64,000 bases of DNA from an uncultured Gemmatimonadaceae bacterium (GTDB lineage: Bacteria > Gemmatimonadota > Gemmatimonadetes > Gemmatimonadales > Gemmatimonadaceae): positions 32,001 to 96,000 of the forward strand of contig CAWFQK010000007.1 in assembly GCA_963817955.1 (NCBI GenBank). Direction: 5' to 3'. Shown here piece after piece: positions 56,000-64,000 of this stretch. Under the pieces are notes generated by a model, which saw nothing but the letters and a program-made list of their open reading frames with translations, made no database searches and had not been told where the DNA came from. The translations under genes were made by a program, and so were the position numbers. The first letter of the stretch is position 1, and each line of letters begins with the position of its first letter.

Positions 56000-57082
56000 T
56001 CACCGGAAGATGGCCTTCGGGATCATCACGTGAACGCCGACCGGGCCGTCGACGAGCTGCGTGACATCGACGTCACCGGCCACGCTCACGAGTTGATAGG
56101 CGTCTTCGCGCGACATGCCTTTGACCTGTACGAGCAGCTCGATCGCCTGGCGCACGGCGAGCTTGGTTGCCTGCATCAGATCCTTGTCGATGCCCATGGC
56201 TATGTAATGCGTCGGCGTTTCAGCGCGTGGCCATTGTAGGTGCATGTCCTTATGCACGATGAGCTGGAGGTCCCCCACGAGCGATGTCTCCATCGCCGTG
56301 ATGTCCACCTCGCCATTGCCTTGGCCCGCGTGCCCATCGCCCACTTCCAGCAACGCGCCCTTCGTCCATACCGGGATGTACAGTGTCGATCCCGCGACGA
56401 GCTCCTTGTTGTCGATATTGCCCGCGTGAATTCCGGGTGGTGCGCTGTTGATGCGGCCCATGGAGGCCGGCGGCGCCACGCCGACGCTCCCGAAGAAGGG
56501 GTGCAGCGGGATCGTGATGCCGTTGGCGAAGTGCCCGAGCATGCGGACGGTGTCGAGCTCGATGATTCTCGAGCGGGATACGCCAGGGAAGTCTTCGGGC
56601 AGAAATCCGCTGCGCGGACCGAATGAATTGCACGCGTAATCGATCACCGGCTTGATCGAGCGAAAGCGGATTTCGAGCACGTCACCCGAGTCGGCGCCTT
56701 CCACGTAGATCGGGCCCGTGAGGATGTGTCCTCCCGGACCCGCGTTCAGCGAGGGTCTGGCGGCGTAGATCTCTTTCGCACGCGGCTCTACACGCGCCGA
56801 GTCGAGACCGGCACGCACGAGCGCCACGGGACTGCACGTGGATAGCGCCTGTACCGTGACGACCGTGCCGTTCTGCACGCGTAATACGGGTTTGCCTGCC
56901 GCGTCATACCACCCCCAGGCCACCGTGGATGGCGACGGCCGCACTACGCTGTGTGGTGCCGACTCGGCTGGCGGCCATTGGTTGTTGGCCAGGGCCGTGG
57001 TTCCAATGGAAGACGGGGTGCGGCATCCCAGCGCCAACACGCCACCGCAGACTGTGATCGCCGCGCGCCGCATCGTCTTCAT
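56000..57082 (-). CDS. Acetamidase/formamidase-family protein with possible lipoprotein signal
   Basis: [37 protein letters not shown]-terminal LALGC. Confidence 0.88.
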   Translation of the reverse strand: MKTMRRAAITVCGGVLALGCRTPSSIGTTALANNQWPPAESAPHSVVRPSPSTVAWGWYDAAGKPVLRVQNGTVVTVQALSTCSPVALVRAGLDSARVEPRAKEIYAARPSLNAGPGGHILTGPIYVEGADSGDVLEIRFRSIKPVIDYACNSFGPRSGFLPEDFPGVSRSRIIELDTVRMLGHFANGITIPLHPFFGSVGVAPPASMGRINSAPPGIHAGNIDNKELVAGSTLYIPVWTKGALLEVGDGHAGQGNGEVDITAMETSLVGDLQLIVHKDMHLQWPRAETPTHYIAMGIDKDLMQATKLAVRQAIELLVQVKGMSREDAYQLVSVAGDVDVTQLVDGPVGVHVMIPKAIFR

Positions 57083-58524
57083 TCGCTATCTCCCACGTTG
57101 GCGTCCGCCTTTGTGCCGTTGAGTTTATTTCGCAGCGTTCTGACGCTCATCCCCAGCAGGTCGGCGGCCCGCGTACGGTTGCCGCTCGATACTTCCAACG
57201 CACGCTCGATCAGCTTGCCCTCGGCTTCACTCACGTTGAGGGACGTGAGCACGACTGCGCCGTCCGGAATCGTCAACGTAGTCGTGCCTGCATCGGGGAG
57301 AAGCTGGAACTCGCTGGTGATGCGTGCCGGCGTTGGGCCACTCCACGCTCCGCTGAGGCCAAACCGCTGGCCGTCGAATGCGTGCAGAGGAAGCAGCGGT
57401 TCATTGGTGAGAATCACGGCGCGCTCCACCGCGTGCTGCAACTCGCGGACATTCCCTGGCCAGTCATACGCCTGCAACAATTCGATTGCCGGCGGCGAGA
57501 TTCCGGAAATCTCCTTGCCGATCTCCTGCGCATAGTGCGCGGCAAAGCGGTACGCGAGCAGGGGAATATCTTCCTTCCGCTCACGCAATGGGGGCAACCG
57601 GACCGGGATGACGCTCAGTCTATAGTAAAGGTCCTGGCGGAAGTGGCCCGACGCCGCGAAGGCCGCGAGATCACGGTTCGTGGTGGCGATGATGCGAACG
57701 TCCACTTTGATCGCCATGGATCCGCCGACGCGCTCGAACTCCTGTTCCTGCAGCACGCGCAAGAGCTTGGCTTGCAGGTCGAGACGCATTTCGGAGATTT
57801 CGTCGAGCAGGAGCGTGCCGCTGTGAGCGCGTTCGAAGGCGCCCTCCACGCGCTTGATGGCGCCGGTGAAGGCGCCCTTTTCATGTCCGAACAGCGCGCT
57901 TTCGACCAGGCCTTCGGGAAGCGCCGCGCAATTCAGCTTGATGAACGGGCCGTCGCGGCGCTCGCTCTGTGCGTGGATGGAACGGGCGAACAGCTCCTTG
58001 CCGGTACCAGATTCCCCTTCCAGCAGAACAGTGGCGCGCGTCGGCGCCGCGGTTGCCACCGTTTGCATCACTCGCCGCACGGCCGCGCTGTTGCCAATGA
58101 TCTGGCGCTCGTTACGGAACTCCGTGACCTCGCGGCGCAACCGTTCGTTTTCGCGGCGCAGCCGGACAACCTCGAGGGCTTGGTTGACCGCCAGCTCTAG
58201 CTGCTCGGGGCGCACCGGCTTCGTGATGTAGTCGATCGCGCCGGCTTTGATCGCCGCCACCGCATGTTCGATGCTGCCATAACCGGTCAGCATGATGAGC
58301 GGCGTTTCGTGCCCCTCCTGACGGAGGAGCGCCAGGAACTCGAGGCCCGTCAGCCCCGGCATACGATAGTCCGAAATGATCAGGTCTACGGCTCCGCCGG
58401 CAAGCGCCTGGAGCGCTTGGGGAACGTTATGGGCGGAAATAGCCCGGTGACCAGCCCGCTCGAGCGAATCCTGAAGGATCAGCCCGATCGCCGGCTCGTC
58501 GTCGAGACAGAGAATCGTTGCCAT
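57079..58524 (-). CDS. Sigma54-dependent response regulator (REC-AAA+-Fis HTH; NtrC/FlgR-like)
   Basis: LDDE..SDYRMP receiver, [40 protein letters not shown]. Confidence 0.95.
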   Translation of the reverse strand: MATILCLDDEPAIGLILQDSLERAGHRAISAHNVPQALQALAGGAVDLIISDYRMPGLTGLEFLALLRQEGHETPLIMLTGYGSIEHAVAAIKAGAIDYITKPVRPEQLELAVNQALEVVRLRRENERLRREVTEFRNERQIIGNSAAVRRVMQTVATAAPTRATVLLEGESGTGKELFARSIHAQSERRDGPFIKLNCAALPEGLVESALFGHEKGAFTGAIKRVEGAFERAHSGTLLLDEISEMRLDLQAKLLRVLQEQEFERVGGSMAIKVDVRIIATTNRDLAAFAASGHFRQDLYYRLSVIPVRLPPLRERKEDIPLLAYRFAAHYAQEIGKEISGISPPAIELLQAYDWPGNVRELQHAVERAVILTNEPLLPLHAFDGQRFGLSGAWSGPTPARITSEFQLLPDAGTTTLTIPDGAVVLTSLNVSEAEGKLIERALEVSSGNRTRAADLLGMSVRTLRNKLNGTKADANVGDSE

Positions 58525-58545
58525 AGGATGATTTTGGGCGGCCGC

Positions 58546-58573
58546 TAAAGTCCCGCCGGGGTGCGGTCGATAC
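58546..58573 (+). promoter_or_regulatory. Candidate sigma28 promoter for flgL-fliW
   Basis: TAAA-N16-GTCGATAC. Confidence 0.7.
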
Positions 58574-58696
58574 TCGGAAAAGACGCGTGGGTCCGTCAGG
58601 GCGCAACCCTGGCAAGGGCCGGTGCTTCGACGCTACGCGGCTGAGCGGCTCCAAGCCGGCCGGCCGATGCAGTGAACCATGACATGCCGAGGGTGC

Positions 58697-59602
58697 ATGC
58701 GCATAACGAATAATACGATTGCCACCCAGAGCCTGAGCGCCTTGCAGGCCAATATGGCCGCGTTGTTGAAGGATCAGGCGCAAGTGTCGAGTCAGCACCG
58801 CCTCACGGCAGCCTCGGACGATCCCAGCGCAGCCTCTCAAATCATGTTGGCCGGCAGCTCGCTCCGGGCAATCGACCAGTACAAGTCCACCGTCCAGACG
58901 GCGACCGCCCGGGTGACCGCGGAAGATACTGCCTTGCAGCAGATCGGCGATCTCGTGTCGCGCGCCAAGACGCTTGGCTTGGCGCAGACTGGCGCCACGG
59001 CCAGTGCGCAGACGCGATCGGTTGCCAACGCGGAAATCCAACAGATCTTCCAGCAGATCGTTGCTATTGGCAACACGAAGGTCGGCGACGAGTATCTGTT
59101 CGGCGGCCAGCAGAGCACGACGGCGCCCTTTGCGACCACGGGCAGCGGGGCGACGCTCGCGTTCACTTCGACCGATCCGCAGGGACAGCGCGCCATGACT
59201 ATCGGAGCGGGTCAGACGCTTGCCGTGGGGCACGACGGCAAACAACTGCTGCTCGACAGCGGCGTACTCGGCGCGGTGCAGGCGTTGTCGAAGGCGTTCG
59301 ACCCGGCGTCCGGATCGTACGGCGACGGCGGGATCGCCACCGCACTCACGAGCATCGATTCTGCGTACAGCGCGGTGCAATCCCTCGTGGGGGAAGTGGG
59401 TGGCCAGGAGAATCGGCTCGACGTCACCGGCCAGAATCTCGACGCGTACAAGACGACCGTGACGACCCTCAAGTCCGGGATCGAGGACGTTGATCTCGAA
59501 GCCGCGATCACCGACATGGCCAGCCGCCAGACGGCGTATCAGGGGGCAATGCTGGCGACGTCGAAAGTCATGGGCCTCACACTCACCGATTATCTGAAAT
59601 GA
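58697..59602 (+). CDS. flgL: Hook-associated protein FlgL
   Basis: MRITNN, ASDDPSAA, NTKVGDEYLFGG, IEDVD, LTLTDYLK. Confidence 0.93.
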   Translation: MRITNNTIATQSLSALQANMAALLKDQAQVSSQHRLTAASDDPSAASQIMLAGSSLRAIDQYKSTVQTATARVTAEDTALQQIGDLVSRAKTLGLAQTGATASAQTRSVANAEIQQIFQQIVAIGNTKVGDEYLFGGQQSTTAPFATTGSGATLAFTSTDPQGQRAMTIGAGQTLAVGHDGKQLLLDSGVLGAVQALSKAFDPASGSYGDGGIATALTSIDSAYSAVQSLVGEVGGQENRLDVTGQNLDAYKTTVTTLKSGIEDVDLEAAITDMASRQTAYQGAMLATSKVMGLTLTDYLK

Positions 59603-60075
59603 GCGTTTTGACATTGGTCGGCGCTGAGTCTGAAGAGCTGACGGTGCGTTCCGATCTGCTGGGCGAGCTCAAGCTGCGTTCGACCGACGTGTTCTTGTTT
59701 GCGCAGGGCATTCTCGGGTTTCCCGAGTGCCGGTGCTTCGCGCTGCTGCGTGGGACGCGAGACGGGTTGTACTGGCTGCAGTCCATGGAATACTCCGCGC
59801 TGGCGTTTCTGCTCGTCGATCCCTTCACGGTGGTAGACGACTACGCGGCGGACGTTCCGTCGTCGAAGCTGGCGGATCTCGGAGCGGCGAATGCCACAGA
59901 CATTGCGATTCTCGCGGTGGTGACACTGCCCAACGCCAGCGGCGACTGTCCGACGGTGAATCTGCGGGGACCGCTGGCGATCAACTTCGGCACGCGCCGC
60001 GCGAAGCAGATCGTGACCCACGAGGGTGACTACAGCGTGCGTTGTCCTGTGGATCTTGCGCGGCTTGTTGCGTAA
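59599..60075 (+). CDS. fliW: Flagellar assembly factor FliW
   Basis: F.QGILGF, WLQS..LAF.LVDPF..DY, TVNLRGPLAIN..RAKQ. Confidence 0.93.
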   Translation: MSVLTLVGAESEELTVRSDLLGELKLRSTDVFLFAQGILGFPECRCFALLRGTRDGLYWLQSMEYSALAFLLVDPFTVVDDYAADVPSSKLADLGAANATDIAILAVVTLPNASGDCPTVNLRGPLAINFGTRRAKQIVTHEGDYSVRCPVDLARLVA

Positions 60076-60099
60076 CAGAAAGAAGCAACCGCGCATCGC

Positions 60100-60126
60100 T
60101 AAAGTCGGCGATGCCGCCGACGATAC
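60100..60126 (+). promoter_or_regulatory. Sigma28 promoter of flagellin 1
   Basis: TAAA-N15-GACGATAC. Confidence 0.75.
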
Positions 60127-60161
60127 TGAACTGCAGCGGCGACTGGACAGCCATCGCTAAC

Positions 60162-60199
60162 GGAGCACGGACGCTCCAGGTAACAGTTCATGGAGGAAC
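60162..60199 (+). promoter_or_regulatory. Two CsrA-type GGA-loop hairpins in the flagellin 1 leader
   Basis: GGAGC-ACGGAC-GCTCC and GTTC-ATGGAG-GAAC, the latter overlapping the SD. Confidence 0.75.
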
Positions 60200-60205
60200 A
60201 CCACG

Positions 60206-61983
60206 ATGCGTATCAACACCAACGTCAGTGCTCTCACCGCACTCGGCAACCTGAACAAGGTTCAGGACAACGTCGCCAGTTCGATGCAGAAGCTCTCCTC
60301 GGGCTTCCGTATCAACAAGGCGGGTGACGACGCGGCCGGTCTCGGCATTTCGAACCAGATGGGCGCCGACATCAAGGCAATGACGCAGGCCTCGCGTAAC
60401 GCGGAGCAGGCGGGGTCGGTGCTCCAGATCATGGACGGCGCCACGTCAAACATCCAGACGATTCTCGAGCGCATGAAGGAATTGGCTGCGCAGTCGGCCT
60501 CGGACACGGTCGATGCCCCGGCACGCACGAAGATCAACAGCGAGTTCAGTTCGCTGAGCAGCGAGCTCGATCGTATCTCGGCCACCACGAAGTTCCAGGG
60601 CGCATCGTTACTCGACGGCACCTTCGGCAGCAAGACGACCAACCTCGGCACGGTGAAGTCGACTTCGACCTTGTTGACCTCCGCCAATATGACGACGCCG
60701 ACCGTTACGAGCGGAACTACCTTCGCCGGGATCACGGGCGACGTCACTGCATCGGTTGTCTTCAAGGACAATGCGCTTGACGCTTCATTCAAGACTTCGG
60801 ACGACTCCACGGTCACGCTCACGGCTGCCGATCAGACAAAAATCGACAAGATCGATGCCTCCGCTCCCATCAGCCTCGGGGTTGTGCAGGGCGACGCCAC
60901 TGCCACCGCAGATGCGACTGGCGAATCAAGTTCGTCGGACGCGATCCTGGGCGATGTCACCGTGTTGGACCAGTCCCTCACAAAGGCACTCAAGGCCGGA
61001 GCCTGGACCATCAGCACTGCCGCCAATGTCTGATGGTAGTCACCAAGGACATCACATTCACCAACGGCTCTGACACATTGACGGCGACAGGCGTTGCTGA
61101 TGACGCGTCCGCAATCCAGACCGATGGCGGCGAATTCAGCATCGCGCTCAGCGGAACAGTCAAGCAGGCTGATCTGGCGAACCTGGATGGCGCGACCGTC
61201 AACCTCACCCAGAACTACACGATCAGCGCTACCGGCGGCGGCGTGTCTGGCGGTGACTCCGCAGGCTATCGTCGATGACGGTTCGACGCCAACGACTGTC
61301 GACTTCAGCGGTACCTACGGCTTCTCGTTCACGTAGACGCCGGCACCGCGAGCACCTTCGACGGCCAAGGGATCGGCGTGACCAAGGAGAGCGTGCTCAA
61401 GCTCACGGCCGGCTCGACGAGCCAGACGAGTACGACCGTCCTCAGTAATGATGGGGCGAGCCAGACCTGGCCTTCTCGACGTTCGGGCCTTCCATCACGA
61501 CCGGTGATAGTGCGACCGCCGCAAATCTCACGACGGACTTCGCTGCCAACAAGAATGTCATCAAAGCACGACACCGCTCAGAGCGCACAGTTCCTGGTGA
61601 GCTCCTCGCAGAGCTACACACAGAACGATTTGATCAGCATCGACGCGATCAATCTCACCGTCGCGAAGCTGGGTTTGAGCAATGTCGACCTGACCACGGC
61701 GGCGGGCGCGCAGACCGCTCTCTCGACGATCGACAGCGCGATCAACGATGTTGGCACGGCGCTCGGATCCATCGGTGCGGCTGAAAACCGGGTGACGTAC
61801 GCGGACACGAACGTCAAGACGACGATCCAGAACCTCACGGCGGCGCAGTCGGCCATCAAGGACGTCGATATGGCGCAGGAGATGACGACCTTCTCCAAGA
61901 ACCAGATTCTGTCGCAGGCTAGCACCGCGATGCTGGCGCAGGCGAACCAGCTCGGCCAGAGTGTCCTCAAGCTGCTCCAGTAA
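60206..61983 (+). pseudogene. fliC: Flagellin 1, interrupted by about 5 indels in its variable central domain (pseudogene or consensus error)
   Basis: MRINTN..KLSSGFRINKAGDDAAGL N-terminus and IKDVDMAQEM..MLAQANQ C-terminus; the frame aligning to flagellin 2 switches near 61030, 61260, 61331, 61468 and 61565. Confidence 0.85.
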
Positions 61984-62007
61984 ACTGAGCTTGCTCGGGG
62001 AAACTCC

Positions 62008-62040
62008 TGAAGGCGGAGGGCAAGGTGCCCTCCGCCTTCA
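62008..62040 (+). terminator. Perfect 15-bp hairpin after flagellin 1
   Basis: TGAAGGCGGAGGGCA-agg-TGCCCTCCGCCTTCA; no U-tract. Confidence 0.7.
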
Positions 62041-62089
62041 AAGGCTAAGGGCGTCGCGAAGGTTGCGGCGCCCCGCTGCATTTCGGGAC

Positions 62090-62116
62090 TAAAGTTCCCG
62101 AACCCCGCGCCGATAT
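62090..62116 (+). promoter_or_regulatory. Sigma28 promoter of flagellin 2
   Basis: TAAA-N15-GCCGATAT, near-consensus. Confidence 0.85.
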
Positions 62117-62157
62117 GAATGACCAGCGGTGAACACGCGGATGCGGCCCGCCGATCA

Positions 62158-62195
62158 GGAGCACGGATGCTCCGAGAATAAATTCATGGAGGAAT
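62158..62195 (+). promoter_or_regulatory. Two CsrA-type GGA-loop hairpins in the flagellin 2 leader
   Basis: GGAGCA-CGGA-TGCTCC and ATTC-ATGGAG-GAAT, the latter overlapping the SD. Confidence 0.75.
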
Positions 62196-62201
62196 GCCGC
62201 A

Positions 62202-64000
62202 ATGCGTATCAACACGAACGTCAGCGCCCTCACCGCACTCGGCAACCTGAACAAGGTTCAGGACAACGTCGCCAGTTCGATGCAGAAGCTCTCCTCGGGC
62301 TTCCGTATCAACAAGGCGGGTGACGACGCTGCCGGTCTCGGCATTTCGAACCAGATGGGTGCCGACATCAAGGCAATGACACAGGCCTCGCGTAACGCGG
62401 AGCAGGCGGGTTCGGTGCTCCAGATCATGGACGGCGCGACCTCGAACATCCAGACGATTCTCGAGCGCATGAAGGAATTGGCTGCGCAGTCGGCCTCGGA
62501 CACGGTCGATGCCCCGGCACGCACGAAGATCAACAGCGAGTTCAGCTCGCTGAGCAGCGAGCTCGATCGCATCTCGGCCACGACGAAGTTCCAGGGGGCC
62601 TCGCTGCTCGACGGCACCTTCGGCAGCAAGACGACCAACCTGGGCACTGTCGATGCCGACTCCACGCTGACAGCGGCGCCGAGCACCACACACGTGGCGT
62701 CCGCGGTGGCCGTATCCGATGCGGACAAATCGAAGTTCGCGGGGATCGCGGGCGACATCACGGCGACGGTTGTCAAGAAGGACAACACGCTTGGGACCCT
62801 GACCAACGGCGACGGCGACCCGATCGACGTTCCTTTGGTGACCTCCAGCGATTTGAGCGCCAAGATCAACTCGCTCGATGCGTCCAAAGCCATCGGTCTC
62901 ACGGTCGTCTGGGACGGTTACACCGGCACCACGGATGCCGGCACATCAACGCCGGGGGGTGCCACACTGGGCTCCGTCTCGGTAGGCTCGGATGGCCTCG
63001 CACCTGTCGGCAAATGGTCCGTCTCGGACGTTAAAGACAACGCGGATGATAATTCAAAGTCGGACATAACATTCTTCGACGGCAACATAAGCTATTGGAC
63101 GGTTACGGGCGTAGCTGACAACGCCACGTCTATCACCCTCGACACTACCTCCACCGTAATCTCCCTCGACGGCACATTCGCCAACCACGCCGATGTAAAG
63201 AGTCTCATTGGCGCGAACCTCGACGTCGCCCGGAACTACACCATCAGTGCTTCCGGCGGCGGTGTGGACGGTGGTGCCTCCCAGGCTATCGTCGAAGACG
63301 GCACCACGGATTCAACGAATGTTGACTTCACCGGTAGCTACGGCTTCTCGTTCGACGTGGCTACCGGCACCGCGTTCGCCGTCGACGGTGCGAGCGTCGG
63401 ATTAAAGGAGAATGATCAACTCGTGCTCACCGCGGGGACCGACACCGCGTCGGCAGACATCTCCAATACGGCAGCCGGGGCGCAGAATTTCGATTTCACG
63501 AACAAATTCGGCCTGACCATAACGTCCACGCCGGACGTCACAGGTGCCGACCTCAAGACGGGCATCGGGGACGGAAAGACCATCACTCACGACACCAGCA
63601 AGCAGGCACAGTTCCTGGTGAGCTCCTCGCAGAGCTACGCACAGAACGATTTGATCAGCATCGACGCGATCAATCTCACCGTCGCGAAGCTGGGTTTGAG
63701 CAATGTCGACCTGACCACGGCGGCGGGCGCGCAGACCGCTCTCTCGACGATCGACAGCGCGATCAACGATGTTGGCACGGCGCTCGGATCCATCGGTGCG
63801 GCTGAAAACCGGGTGACGTACGCGGACACGAACGTCAAGACGACGATCCAGAACCTCACGGCGGCGCAGTCGGCCATCAAGGACGTCGATATGGCGCAGG
63901 AGATGACGACCTTCTCCAAGAACCAGATTCTGTCGCAGGCTAGCACCGCGATGCTGGCGCAGGCGAACCAGCTCGGCCAGAGTGTCCTCAAGCTGCTCCA
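62202..64000 (+). CDS. fliC: Flagellin 2, apparently intact (~600 aa); stop just beyond the window
   Basis: ATG at 62202 is in frame with the terminal ..VLKLL; absent from the ORF track because no in-frame stop occurs inside the window. Confidence 0.95.
   Translation, partial: MRINTNVSALTALGNLNKVQDNVASSMQKLSSGFRINKAGDDAAGLGISNQMGADIKAMTQASRNAEQAGSVLQIMDGATSNIQTILERMKELAAQSASDTVDAPARTKINSEFSSLSSELDRISATTKFQGASLLDGTFGSKTTNLGTVDADSTLTAAPSTTHVASAVAVSDADKSKFAGIAGDITATVVKKDNTLGTLTNGDGDPIDVPLVTSSDLSAKINSLDASKAIGLTVVWDGYTGTTDAGTSTPGGATLGSVSVGSDGLAPVGKWSVSDVKDNADDNSKSDITFFDGNISYWTVTGVADNATSITLDTTSTVISLDGTFANHADVKSLIGANLDVARNYTISASGGGVDGGASQAIVEDGTTDSTNVDFTGSYGFSFDVATGTAFAVDGASVGLKENDQLVLTAGTDTASADISNTAAGAQNFDFTNKFGLTITSTPDVTGADLKTGIGDGKTITHDTSKQAQFLVSSSQSYAQNDLISIDAINLTVAKLGLSNVDLTTAAGAQTALSTIDSAINDVGTALGSIGAAENRVTYADTNVKTTIQNLTAAQSAIKDVDMAQEMTTFSKNQILSQASTAMLAQANQLGQSVLKLL

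Noticed and set aside
1..64000. tRNA, rRNA, prophage, integrase or defence systems
   Set aside because: None recognised by eye; the M15 domain is embedded in fliK with no phage genes around it

Overview
GC-rich bacterial chromosomal window; gene content and style suggest Gemmatimonadota (inference, no search run). The first ~21.7 kb is housekeeping/accessory: partial S9 peptidase, ada, pntAA-pntAB-pntB, Ser/Thr kinase, treZ plus glycogen debranching enzyme, Rieske/FAD oxidoreductase, frameshifted lhr, glycine-zipper lipoprotein, orphan GvpL/F and deoxynucleoside kinase. From ~21.7 kb to the end is a near-complete flagellar supercluster: EAL-HDOD, motAB, csrA, flgKN, flgJIHAGF, fliA, flhG, flhAB, fliRQ, fused fliOP, fliNML, flgED, fliK, fliJIHGFE, flgCB, TonB-C plus MCP, an NtrC-type regulator, flgL, fliW and two tandem flagellins. 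The most notable observation is that the FliK-position protein carries an apparently intact zinc M15 (L-Ala-D-Glu endopeptidase/endolysin-like) domain while FlgJ has no hydrolase domain, suggesting an unusual route for cell-wall penetration during flagellar assembly. Also notable: a degenerate FlhG with no adjacent FlhF, a ChpT-like pseudo-kinase, readable sigma54/IHF/enhancer and sigma28/CsrA regulatory layers, two copies of a composite MITE-like repeat, dispersed heptamer arrays, and a first flagellin with frameshifts confined to its variable domain. All calls come from reading motifs by eye.
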